From: Terracidiphilus sp.
GTDB lineage: Bacteria; Acidobacteriota; Terriglobia; Terriglobales; Acidobacteriaceae
Direction of reading: 5' to 3'
Assembly: GCA_035935755.1 (NCBI GenBank)
Contig: DASYWU010000048.1
Span: 78,829 to 142,828 of the forward strand
Length of the DNA: 64,000 nt
The translations under genes were made by a program, and so were the position numbers. Positions 20,033-29,068 of the stretch are shown piece by piece. Under the pieces are notes generated by a model. It had not been told where the DNA came from. It saw nothing but the letters and a program-made list of their open reading frames with translations, and ran no database searches. The first letter of the stretch is position 1. The number at the start of each line of letters is the position of its first letter.

Positions 20033-23000
20033 ATGATGTGGATTGTCCGGCTTGCCCTGCGGCGGCCCTATACCTTCATCGTTTTCGCTCTGCTCATCCT
20101 CATCCTGGGCATCTACAGCATCGTCTCCATGCCCGTCGACATCTTCCCCAACATCGACATCCCCGTCGTCACCGTCATCTGGCACTTCACCGGCCTCTCC
20201 GCCGAGCAGATGGCCGACCGCATCGTCACCAACGCCGAACGCGGCATGACCGTCACCGTCAACGACATCGACCACATCGAGTCGCAGTCCCTGGTGGGCA
20301 TCGGCATCATCAAGGTCTTCTTCCATCCCGGCGTGAATGTCGCCCAGGCGGTCGCGCAGATCACCTCCATCAGCGCCGGCGAGGTCCGCTCCATGCCCGC
20401 CGGCACCCAGCCGCCCTTCGTCATTCAGTACAACGCCTCCAGCGTGCCTATCCTGCAGCTGGGCCTTTCCGGCCGCGGACTCAATGAGCAGCAACTCAAC
20501 GATCTGGCTACCACTACCATCCGCGTCCAGTTGGCCACCATCGAAGGCGCGCAGGAGCCCTTCCCCTACGGCGGCAAGCAGCGCTCCATCATGGTTGACC
20601 TCAACCTTCCCGCGCTGCAGGAAAGGAGCCTCTCGCCGGCAGATGTGGTCGCCGCCATCGGCAACCAGAACGTCATCGCGCCTTCGGGCACCATCAAGAT
20701 CGGCCGCTTCGAAGACCAGGTCGAAACCAACTCCGCGCCACTCACCATTGCCGGCCTTAACAACCTGCCCGTCAAAGCCGTGAACGGAACCGTCGTCTAC
20801 ATCCACGACGTAGCCCACGTCCGCGACGGTTTTACCCCGCAAACCAACGTCGTTCGCGTCGACGGCCATCGCGCCGTCCTCGTCAGCATCATGAAGACCG
20901 GCAATTCGTCGACGCTCGACATCATCAAAGCTGTCCGCGAGAAGCTGGCCTACATCCGTGGCGTCCTGCCCCCCACCCTGCAGATCAAGCCCATCGCCGA
21001 CCAGTCCATTTTTGTCAGCTCCGCTGTCGATGGCGTGGTTCACGAGGCCATCGTCGCCGCCTGCCTCACCGCGCTGATGATCCTGGTCTTCCTCGGCAGC
21101 TGGCGCTCCACCGTCATCATCGCCGTCTCCATTCCGCTTTCCATCCTCTGCTCGCTCGCCGTCCTCTACGCGCTGCACCAGACCATCAACATCATGACCC
21201 TCGGCGGCCTGGCGCTGGCCGTCGGCATCCTCGTCGACGACGCCACCGTGGCCATCGAAAACATCAATCGCCAGCTCGAAGCCGGCAAGGAGCTCGAGCA
21301 GTCCATCCTCGACGGCTCCGCCGAAATCGCCACTCCCGCCCTCGTCTCCACGCTGGCCATCTGCATCGTCTTTGTGCCCATGTTCCTGCTCAGCGGAGTG
21401 GCGCGCTACCTCTTCGTCCCCATGGCCGAGGCGGTCGTCTTCGCCATGCTCGCCAGCTACGTGCTCTCGCGCACCGTCGTCCCCACCATGGCGCTCTATC
21501 TGCTCCGCGAGCATGACGACGCCGAAAGCGCGCGCCGCCGCTCCAGCCGCAACCCTTTCACCCGCTTCCAGGTCGTCTTTGAATCCGGCTTTGAGCGCAC
21601 CCGCCGCTTCTATCTCCGCCTGCTCACTTTCTGCGTCGACCACGCCGGCGGATTTCTGCTCAGCTTTCTCGCCGTCACCGTCGCCTCCATCGCCGTCCTC
21701 ACTCCCTGGCTGGGCGAGGACTTCTTCCCCTCCGTCGACTCCGGCCAGTTCAAGATTCACGTGCGCGCTCCCACCGGCACGCGCATTGAAGAAACCGCCG
21801 CCCTCTGCGATCACGTCGATTCCACCATCCGCAGCGTGATTCCACAGGGCGAGCTGGTCACGATCCTCGACAACATCGGCCTGCCCTACTCGCCGCTGAA
21901 TCTCTCTTACTCCACCTCGGCGCCCGTCGGGCCCTCCGATGCCGACATCCAGGTCCAGCTCGCCCCCAATCACCACCCCACCGACCAATACGTCCAGCGC
22001 CTGCGCAAAATCCTGGCCGATAAGTACCCCGGCGTCGAGTTTTACGAGCTTCCTGTCGACATCGTCACCCAGATTCTCGACTTCGGCCTTTCCGCTCCCA
22101 TTGACATTCAGATCGTCGGCCCCAATGCCTATGGCAACCGCGCTCTGGCCGAGCGCATGCTCAACCAGATTCGCTACGTGCCCGGCATCGCCGACGCCCG
22201 CATCCAGCAGCCTTTCAACTATCCCAACTGGACCGTCGACGTCGATCGCACCCGTGCTGCGGAAGTGGGCCTCTCCCAGCAAAACGTCGCCCAGAGCATG
22301 CTCGTCGCGCTGAGCGGCAGCTTCCAGACCAGTCCCACCTTCTACCTCGATCCCAGCAACGGCGTCTCTTACGACGTCGCCACCCAGGCGCCGCAATACA
22401 AGCTCGATTCGCTGGCCGGCCTCAACAGCCTGCCCATCACCGCGCCCGGCGCAACCGCACGTTCCGCCTCTCCCAACCCCGGACCTCCCGGCGCCCTCAC
22501 CTCCACCACCGGCGCGCCCGGCGCACAATCTCCCCAGCAGATTCTCGGCAATCTCGCCACCATCGTCCCCGGCGCCGAGCCCGCCGTCGTCACCCATTAC
22601 GACATCATGCCCGTCATCGACATCTACGCCAACGTCGTCGGCACTGACCTGGGCACAGTCACCCGCGCCGCGGAAAAGATCGTCGCCGAGAACCAGAAGA
22701 GTCTCCCTCGCGGCTCGCATCTCATCATCCGCGGCCAGAGCGAGACCATGTACCGCTCCTACCTGGGCCTGCTCGCCGGCCTCGCCTTCTCCATCCTTCT
22801 CGTCTACCTGCTCATCGTGGTCAACTTCCAGTCCTGGCTGGATCCCTTCCTCATCATTTCGGCTCTGCCCGCGGCCCTGGCCGGCATCGTCTGGTTCCTC
22901 TTTCTCACCGGGACGCGCCTCAGCGTGCCCGCGCTTACCGGCGCCATCATGTGCATGGGCGTGGCCACCGCCAATTCCATCCTTGTCGTCAGCTTCGCCC

Positions 23001-23326
23001 GTGAGCAATTGACAGTCCTCGTCGGCGATGCCCGCCAGGCCGCGCTGAACGCCGGCTTCGTTCGCCTCCGCCCCGTCATCATGACTGCCCTCGCCATGGT
23101 CATCGGCATGGTGCCCATGGCCATGGGCCTGGGGTCGGGCGGCGAAGAGAATGCCCCGCTGGGCCGCGCCGTAATCGGCGGCCTCTCCCTGGCCACTTTG
23201 GCTACACTCTTCTTCGTTCCTGTATTTTTCTCTGTGGTGCATGGCTGGTTCGAGCGCCGCCGCAAATCCGCCCGCAGCGCCTCACGGCCTTCCACCGCCG
23301 ATGAATTCGATGAACTGTCGGAGTAG
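20033..23326 (+). CDS. RND efflux permease (AcrB/CzcA superfamily)
   Basis: 1097 aa. N-terminal RRPYTFIVFALLILILG..PVDIFPNIDIPVV, a 12-TM layout and two large periplasmic loops. Confidence 0.9.
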   Translation: MMWIVRLALRRPYTFIVFALLILILGIYSIVSMPVDIFPNIDIPVVTVIWHFTGLSAEQMADRIVTNAERGMTVTVNDIDHIESQSLVGIGIIKVFFHPGVNVAQAVAQITSISAGEVRSMPAGTQPPFVIQYNASSVPILQLGLSGRGLNEQQLNDLATTTIRVQLATIEGAQEPFPYGGKQRSIMVDLNLPALQERSLSPADVVAAIGNQNVIAPSGTIKIGRFEDQVETNSAPLTIAGLNNLPVKAVNGTVVYIHDVAHVRDGFTPQTNVVRVDGHRAVLVSIMKTGNSSTLDIIKAVREKLAYIRGVLPPTLQIKPIADQSIFVSSAVDGVVHEAIVAACLTALMILVFLGSWRSTVIIAVSIPLSILCSLAVLYALHQTINIMTLGGLALAVGILVDDATVAIENINRQLEAGKELEQSILDGSAEIATPALVSTLAICIVFVPMFLLSGVARYLFVPMAEAVVFAMLASYVLSRTVVPTMALYLLREHDDAESARRRSSRNPFTRFQVVFESGFERTRRFYLRLLTFCVDHAGGFLLSFLAVTVASIAVLTPWLGEDFFPSVDSGQFKIHVRAPTGTRIEETAALCDHVDSTIRSVIPQGELVTILDNIGLPYSPLNLSYSTSAPVGPSDADIQVQLAPNHHPTDQYVQRLRKILADKYPGVEFYELPVDIVTQILDFGLSAPIDIQIVGPNAYGNRALAERMLNQIRYVPGIADARIQQPFNYPNWTVDVDRTRAAEVGLSQQNVAQSMLVALSGSFQTSPTFYLDPSNGVSYDVATQAPQYKLDSLAGLNSLPITAPGATARSASPNPGPPGALTSTTGAPGAQSPQQILGNLATIVPGAEPAVVTHYDIMPVIDIYANVVGTDLGTVTRAAEKIVAENQKSLPRGSHLIIRGQSETMYRSYLGLLAGLAFSILLVYLLIVVNFQSWLDPFLIISALPAALAGIVWFLFLTGTRLSVPALTGAIMCMGVATANSILVVSFAREQLTVLVGDARQAALNAGFVRLRPVIMTALAMVIGMVPMAMGLGSGGEENAPLGRAVIGGLSLATLATLFFVPVFFSVVHGWFERRRKSARSASRPSTADEFDELSE

Positions 23327-23332
23327 TTTTTT

Positions 23333-24565
23333 ATGAGCGACGAACACAACCCCCACGCGCCCGCCGGATCTCACGACCAAGCCGCCGAGCAACGGCCCGT
23401 GTCCCCGCGCGCCATGCTTTTCGGCCTCGCCCTCGTGTTGCTGGTTGCCTGCGTGCTCGCCGCCATCGGCATCATCACCCGCATGCATTCTGACACCGTG
23501 CTCGCCCAGCAGACCCGCGCCCTCGCCGCGCCCACCGTCGGCGTGGCTCCGCCAAGCCCCGGCGCTCCCGTCGACAACTTCGTTCTCCCCGGCAACGTCA
23601 CCGCCTTCACCGACGCGCCCATCTATTCCCGCGTTGACGGCTACCTCACCCGCTGGTATTACGACATCGGCGCTCACGTCGAGAAGGGCGCGCTGCTCGC
23701 CGTCATCTCCGCCCCCGAAGTCGACCAGCAACTCGCCCAGGCGCAGGCCGATCTCGCCACCGCCCAGACCAACGCCAAAAATGCCAAGGTGCAGGCCGAC
23801 CGCTACAGCAACCTGGTCAAATCCAACGCCGTCTCCCGCCTTGACACCGACACCTTCGTCACCCAGGCCGCCGCCGCCGCTTCCGCCGTCCGCTCCGCGC
23901 AGGCAAACGTCGACCGACTCACCGCCATGCAGTCCTTCGAAAAAATCTACGCCCCCTTTAGCGGCGTCATCACCGCCCGCAACGTCGACACCGGCCAGCT
24001 CATCAACGCCGGCGCCGGCGCCGCGGCCGGCACTGAGCTCTTCCACATGCAGGCCATCCAAACCCTGCGCGTCTACACCAACGTGCCCCAGCTCTACTCC
24101 GGAAACATCAAGCGCGGCGAGAAAATCCCGCTCACCTTCCCCCAATTTCCCAGCCAGAACTTCGAAGGCACGCTCGTCCGCACTGCCGACGCCATCGATC
24201 CCGTAAGCCGCACCCTGCTGGTTGAAATTGACGTCAACAACCGCGACGGCAAGCTCATGCCCGGCGCGCTGGCGCAGGTTCATTTCCGCACCCCGCCCAG
24301 CGCGCCCACCTTCATCATTCCCGTCGGCGCCCTCATCTTCCGCCGCGAAGGCCTGCAGGTCGGCACAGTGGTCAACAGCAGCCGCGGCACCGTGGCGCAT
24401 CTCGCCTCCGTGGTCATCGGCCAGGACAACGGTGCCACCGTGCAAATCGTCAGCGGACTCAACGCCAACGACCGCGTCATCCAGGACCCGCCCGACTCCC
24501 TCGTCGAAGGCGAACGCGTCACCGTCGTCACTCCCGGCAGCAGCGCAGACCAGGGAGGCTTCTAG
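23333..24565 (+). CDS. RND efflux periplasmic adaptor (membrane fusion protein)
   Basis: N-terminal TM helix, a lipoyl/coiled-coil hairpin (QAQADLATAQTN..) and beta-barrel motifs (YAPFSGVITARNVD.GQL). Confidence 0.85.
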   Translation: MSDEHNPHAPAGSHDQAAEQRPVSPRAMLFGLALVLLVACVLAAIGIITRMHSDTVLAQQTRALAAPTVGVAPPSPGAPVDNFVLPGNVTAFTDAPIYSRVDGYLTRWYYDIGAHVEKGALLAVISAPEVDQQLAQAQADLATAQTNAKNAKVQADRYSNLVKSNAVSRLDTDTFVTQAAAAASAVRSAQANVDRLTAMQSFEKIYAPFSGVITARNVDTGQLINAGAGAAAGTELFHMQAIQTLRVYTNVPQLYSGNIKRGEKIPLTFPQFPSQNFEGTLVRTADAIDPVSRTLLVEIDVNNRDGKLMPGALAQVHFRTPPSAPTFIIPVGALIFRREGLQVGTVVNSSRGTVAHLASVVIGQDNGATVQIVSGLNANDRVIQDPPDSLVEGERVTVVTPGSSADQGGF

Positions 24566-24567
24566 CG

Positions 24568-26187
24568 ATGCATGCCGATTCATTTTCGGAGGGAGAAGGG
24601 GCCTTCAGGCCCCGGGAACGAAGTCCAATTAGGGAAAATACCCCAATATCGACCGGAGCTTTAGCCCCCGAGGGATGCCCCGTACCCCATCCTTTCGCGC
24701 TTTTTGCGAAAGGGTGGGACACCCGAAAAGTCGCCTACGCAGCCGCCCTCACCACCCTCATCCTCCTCGCCGGCTGCCATCCCGTCGGCCCCAACTACAA
24801 CCGTCCCGGCTACCACGCGCCCACCGCCTACAAGGACACTGGCGCCACCGCGGTCGTCACCCCTCCGCCCAACCCGCAGGGTGGCGCATGGTCGCCCGCC
24901 AATCCCTCCGACGGCATGCTCAAAGGCAAATGGTGGCAGATCTACAACGACCCCGCGCTCGACACGCTCGAGGACCGCGTCACCACCAACAACGTCCAGT
25001 TGCAGCAGGCCTACCAGACTTACCAGGCCGCGCGCGCCCAGGTTTCCGTGGTGCGCGCCAATCTCTTCCCCGTCCTCTCCGCCGGCGCTTCCATCAGCCG
25101 CAGCCGCTCCTCCGCCCACCGTCCCCTGGCCTCCTCCTCAAGCAACACCACCGCCAACGACTACTTCCTTGGCGGCCAGGCCTCCTGGGAGCCCGATTTC
25201 TGGGGCCGCATCCGCCGCGGCATTGAAGCCGCCCATGCCAACTACCAGGCCACCGCCGCCGACATGGCCAACATCGACCTCAGCCTGCACGCCGAAATGG
25301 CCACCGATTACTTCGCGCTTCGCGGCCTCGATGCCCAGCAGCAGTTGCTCACGCGCACCGTCGGCGACATGCAGCACCAGCTGGATCTCGCTGACCAGCG
25401 CCTTCGCGGCGGCGTGGCCACCGAAGCCGATGTTGAGCTCGCCCGCACCCAGTTGCAAACCACGCGCGCCCAGCTTGTCGATGTCGGCGTCGCCCGCGCC
25501 CAGTTCGAGCACGCCATCGGCACCCTCGCCAATTACGACATCACCAGTTTCGCTGTCCCGGCTGCGCCGCTCGACCTGCCTCTTCCCAAGGTGCCCACCG
25601 GCGTTCCCTCGCAACTCCTCCAGCGCCGTCCCGATATCGCCGTCGCCGAGCGCCTCACCGACGCCGCCAACGCGCAGATCGGCATCGCCATCAGCGCCTT
25701 TTATCCCACCATCACTCTCGGCGCTTCCGGCGGATTCGAAAGCACCCACCCCGGCACCTGGATCCAGGGCCCCAGCGCCATGTGGAGCCTCGGCGCGCAG
25801 GCCACCGAGCTGCTCTTCGACGCCGGCCAGCGCCACGCCTTCACCGCCGAAGCGCAGCACAACTACCTCGCCCAGACCGACGCCTACCGCAACACTGTCT
25901 TCCAGGCCTTCAACGACGTCGAAGACCAGCTCTCCACCCTCCAGATCCTCGAGCAGGAAGCCTCCGTCGAAGGCCAGGCCGTGGCCTCCGCGCAAAGCTC
26001 CTTCAATATCTCGAATCAGCGCTACCAGGGCGGCGTGACCAGCTATCTCGAAGTCCTCACCGCCGAAGCCGCGCTCCTCCAGAACCAGCGCACCGCCATC
26101 GACATCGAAACCCGCCGCTTCGCCGCCAGCGTAGGCCTGGTCCGCGCCCTCGGCGGCGGCTGGGATGTAACTCAGCTGCCGAAATAG
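24568..26187 (+). CDS. RND efflux outer membrane factor lipoprotein (NodT family), with an anomalous N-terminal extension of about 60 aa
   Basis: Lipobox LLAGC followed by PVGPNYNRP, two OEP repeats, and a C-terminal ALGGGW motif. The only canonical in-frame start is the ATG at 24568. Confidence 0.8.
   Translation: MHADSFSEGEGAFRPRERSPIRENTPISTGALAPEGCPVPHPFALFAKGWDTRKVAYAAALTTLILLAGCHPVGPNYNRPGYHAPTAYKDTGATAVVTPPPNPQGGAWSPANPSDGMLKGKWWQIYNDPALDTLEDRVTTNNVQLQQAYQTYQAARAQVSVVRANLFPVLSAGASISRSRSSAHRPLASSSSNTTANDYFLGGQASWEPDFWGRIRRGIEAAHANYQATAADMANIDLSLHAEMATDYFALRGLDAQQQLLTRTVGDMQHQLDLADQRLRGGVATEADVELARTQLQTTRAQLVDVGVARAQFEHAIGTLANYDITSFAVPAAPLDLPLPKVPTGVPSQLLQRRPDIAVAERLTDAANAQIGIAISAFYPTITLGASGGFESTHPGTWIQGPSAMWSLGAQATELLFDAGQRHAFTAEAQHNYLAQTDAYRNTVFQAFNDVEDQLSTLQILEQEASVEGQAVASAQSSFNISNQRYQGGVTSYLEVLTAEAALLQNQRTAIDIETRRFAASVGLVRALGGGWDVTQLPK
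24600..24717. repeat. REP-like hairpin element inside the 5' end of the OMF ORF
   Basis: First hairpin GGGGCC-ttca-GGCCCC at 24600-24615. Second, a 14-bp stem CCCATCCTTTCGCG/TGCGAAAGGGTGGG at 24685-24717, containing two G:T wobble pairs. Confidence 0.5.
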
Positions 26188-26294
26188 GAACCGCGGTCTT
26201 GGGCCAGTGTCCCACGGCCTACGACACACTAACAATCCCGTTCCCACTACGGCGCTTGCATAAGAAACCAGGCCGTGTTTCTCAGGAGCGGCTC

Positions 26295-26756
26295 CTATCC
26301 GGAGGAAGCCAACACATCATCTGGCGATAGAACAATGATGCCGCTGTACCGCCGAAAGTCCTTGTCATTGAGCGTCAGCAAGTTCGCAATTCCGTGTACG
26401 CGCATCGCTGCCACCATGCGAGCGTCGTGAACCTGAATACCAGAGATGCCCGCTGCAACTAGAATTCTCCGCCACTCTCGATGTGTGGCCTCGCTATCAG
26501 CGGCAAAAGAGAATCTGGATTCGATCAGAGCAGTGCGTTCATCCGTCTCTGCGATCGAGAATCCGAATCCATTCCGGTCAGCCGGTCGCGTGCAGACGCT
26601 CCAGAATTCAGCCAGATTTTGCGATGTTTAGAAGAGGTCCGCTCCCTGTGCCCAAAGACGATCCGTACATTGCCGGATCGTTGCATATTCGGGGCTGTCC
26701 GGCTGTACGAGGCGGAGCAGAATATTCGTGTCCACCAGGTAGGACGAGCCGGGCAT
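26295..26756 (-). pseudogene. vapC: PIN-domain toxin (VapC) interrupted by an in-frame TAA at codon 43
   Basis: My manual reverse translation gives MPGSSYLVDTNILLRL...LWAQGADLF*TSQNLAEFWSV...LTLNDKDFRRY. The stop is at 26628-26630. ATGA overlap with the upstream antitoxin gene. Confidence 0.8.
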
Positions 26757-27013
26757 CAGGCGTGTTCACCGTAGATCATTTCCCGTGAAAAAGTCTCGGT
26801 CCGCAGTTGCGGGATATTCGGCGCTTTGCTCGCAAGCGCATCCAGAAACGCGCGAAATTCTTCCTGGCTTGCACGTGCATGCCCTTTGCCCCTGAACGCG
26901 ATCGCTTCCTGAAGAAGCCGCTGCGCATACATCTCCAGCGCCATGCCGCGAGCCATTGCTTCAGCGGCAAGCTGTCTTTCCATCTCCGGGTTGAGTTCGA
27001 CACGGATGGTCAT
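26756..27013 (-). CDS. Antitoxin of the disrupted vapBC-like module
   Basis: 85-aa ORF (MTIRVELNPEMERQLAAEA..) immediately upstream of, and overlapping, the PIN reading frame. Confidence 0.65.
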   Translation of the reverse strand: MTIRVELNPEMERQLAAEAMARGMALEMYAQRLLQEAIAFRGKGHARASQEEFRAFLDALASKAPNIPQLRTETFSREMIYGEHA

Positions 27014-27075
27014 GGAAGCCTCGCTCTACCAATTATCGGATGTTGGCGGCGTGAAGTCGACTCAGGCCTTGATTT

Positions 27076-27231
27076 GCGGCGTCGCCGGCTACTCGAAGTC
27101 CTCACCGCCGAAGCCGCGCTCCTCCAGAACCAGCGCACCGCATCGACATCGAAACCCGCCGCTTCGCCGCCAGCGTAGGCCTGGTCCGCGCCCTCGGCGG
27201 CGGCTGGGACATAACGCAATTGCCGAAGTAA
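27076..27231 (+). pseudogene. Orphan copy of the OMF gene 3' end (copy B), frameshifted
   Basis: 27092-27231 matches 26047-26187 except for a 1-bp deletion (caccgccatc versus caccgcatc) and 7 substitutions in the last 27 nt. Weaker similarity extends upstream to about 27076. Confidence 0.85.
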
Positions 27232-27374
27232 CACTCCCGACTGAAGATCCACGGCTGCCCTCGTGAACCCCGACTTGACCCCCGGCCGAGACCACTCCCC
27301 AGCCGCCCCCGGCATCTATGCGCTTGCGAGAGTGTAGAACGCCGTTCCCATATCCCCAGTCCAGGAGTATATAG

Positions 27375-28841
27375 ATGAAAAACAGCTGTATCTTATTGGC
27401 GGCTTCCATGATAGCCGCGTGCCCGGGAGCAAGCGCGCAGACGCCCATCTTCGGCCAGAGGACCTATACCGGCCTGTACACCTATAACCACGCCGACCTG
27501 AACCGCACCGGGCGCGAGAGCCTGATCTACCACACCCAGACATCGGGGTTTGCCGTGGTGCTAAGCACCGGTCCCGGCACCTATGCCGCGCCGGTGGACT
27601 ACAACGTCCCCGACAATCAGCCTTCCGGAACCATCACCCTGGACATCAACAACGACAGTTTCCCTGACGTGATTGCCTTCAACAGCTCCGCCCCGGGATT
27701 TTACGAATATCTCAACAATGGCGATGGATCCCTCCACCTCCAGTCCACCTACCAGATGGCTAATATCCAGGACATGGTAGTAGGCGATTTCAATCACGAC
27801 GGCTACCCGGATATCGCCTTCACCACCCTCGACGGCAACCTGCATGTGTGGTTCAACAATCACGCCAGCGGTTTCTCGGTAGGGCCGACCACCACCGTGC
27901 CAGGCACCTGGCAGTTGAGCATCGGCGATTTTGATGGCGACGGCAAAGCCGACATTGCCGCAACCGGCAGCAACGGAACCTATCTCTACTTCGGCGACGG
28001 CGCCGGCCACTTCGCGGTGGTAAACGCGACCACCTCCCATCATCCTTATATGTTCCTGATGGACATCGATGGCGACGGCAAGAGTGACCTCGTCGGCGCG
28101 GCCATCGCCGGAAGCAGCAGCGGGAACAACACCTACTACCGCGATCTGTGGGTGGTCTACGGCAACTCCTCGCGCACCATCACTGAGGCCGACATTCCCC
28201 TCAACGGCTACGTGATGCCGTGGCAGGATGGATACGTTCTCGGCGAGGCGACCCCCAGCGTCGACGTGGCCGATTTCAACGGCGACGGCAAACGGGATTT
28301 CGCCGTTGTCGAAGCATTGGACAGCGACGGATATGGTGGCCGCACGCTCGCCGTGAAATCGGGAAACGGCAATCGCACCTGGGCCGACGAGGTCAATGTC
28401 TACTCTGACAACAATCTCGACGCCGGCGTGGCCGCGCTCCGCGTCGAGCATTCGCTCAAGCCCGATCTGCTGGTGGACACCTTCCTGAACCCTTCCACCT
28501 TTACCGCGCATTTCTTCATCAACGACACCTCGGGCGGCTACTACGGCGGATGCGATTTCCCCAGCGAGGCCTCGGCAATTGCCATCTGCTCGCCGGAGAC
28601 CTACAGCTCCTCTCCGCAGTCGTGGAAACTAAGTGGAGCGGTGCCGACCACCATGCGCAAAATGGAGATCTGGGTCGATGGCGTGAAGAAGTACCAGGAA
28701 ATCGGCAACCATGACTTTGGGCATTACGGGGTGCTGGACACCACGCTCACGCTCTCGTCTGGCACGCACAAAGTAACGGTGATCGCAGCCGGATACGACA
28801 ATCTGGAAGTAAAGGACACGTTAACCGTCTCCGTACCCTGA
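27375..28841 (+). CDS. Secreted FG-GAP/VCBS repeat protein with a C-terminal Ig-like region
   Basis: Signal peptide, and repeated D.[DN]GDG..D calcium-binding loops (DFNHDGYPD, DFDGDGKAD, DIDGDGKSD, DFNGDGKRD). Confidence 0.8.
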   Translation: MKNSCILLAASMIAACPGASAQTPIFGQRTYTGLYTYNHADLNRTGRESLIYHTQTSGFAVVLSTGPGTYAAPVDYNVPDNQPSGTITLDINNDSFPDVIAFNSSAPGFYEYLNNGDGSLHLQSTYQMANIQDMVVGDFNHDGYPDIAFTTLDGNLHVWFNNHASGFSVGPTTTVPGTWQLSIGDFDGDGKADIAATGSNGTYLYFGDGAGHFAVVNATTSHHPYMFLMDIDGDGKSDLVGAAIAGSSSGNNTYYRDLWVVYGNSSRTITEADIPLNGYVMPWQDGYVLGEATPSVDVADFNGDGKRDFAVVEALDSDGYGGRTLAVKSGNGNRTWADEVNVYSDNNLDAGVAALRVEHSLKPDLLVDTFLNPSTFTAHFFINDTSGGYYGGCDFPSEASAIAICSPETYSSSPQSWKLSGAVPTTMRKMEIWVDGVKKYQEIGNHDFGHYGVLDTTLTLSSGTHKVTVIAAGYDNLEVKDTLTVSVP

Positions 28842-28905
28842 GCCGAAACCGCCGGGGGACAGCCGGCACCCTCAAAACAGCCGTCCGTCCCCCGCACTCC
28901 TGCCC

Positions 28906-29028
28906 AACCAGCGCACCGCCATCGACATCGAAACCCGCGGGTGCCCCCGGTCTCGATCCTGAGACCGGGGACGCCGCAGCTCCAGCACCCGATCCAGCCC
29001 TTTCTCCCGCCCCGTTTCGCCGCCAGCG
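28906..29028 (+). pseudogene. Third, short remnant of the OMF gene 3' end (copy C), split by an inserted hairpin element
   Basis: 28906-28938 (33 nt) is identical to 26084-26116. The match resumes for 13 nt (ttcgccgccagcg) at 29016-29028. Confidence 0.75.
28939..29012. repeat. REP/MITE-like palindromic insertion
   Basis: About 74 bp interrupting OMF remnant C. Contains a perfect 10-bp stem CCCCGGTCTC-gatcct-GAGACCGGGG at 28945-28970. Confidence 0.55.
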
Positions 29029-29068
29029 CGATCCGGTTTGCGATTTTTAAAATCTGCCGCCGCGTTCT

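Noticed and set aside
20012-23242. 1076-aa minus-strand ORF
   Set aside because: Antisense to the RND permease. Its Gly/Asp/Ala-rich low-complexity translation contrasts with unmistakable AcrB/CzcA-like sequence on the plus strand.
23282-26247. Two long minus-strand ORFs (23282-24583 and 25138-26247)
   Set aside because: Antisense to the membrane fusion protein and OMF genes. They have shadow-ORF composition and no motifs.
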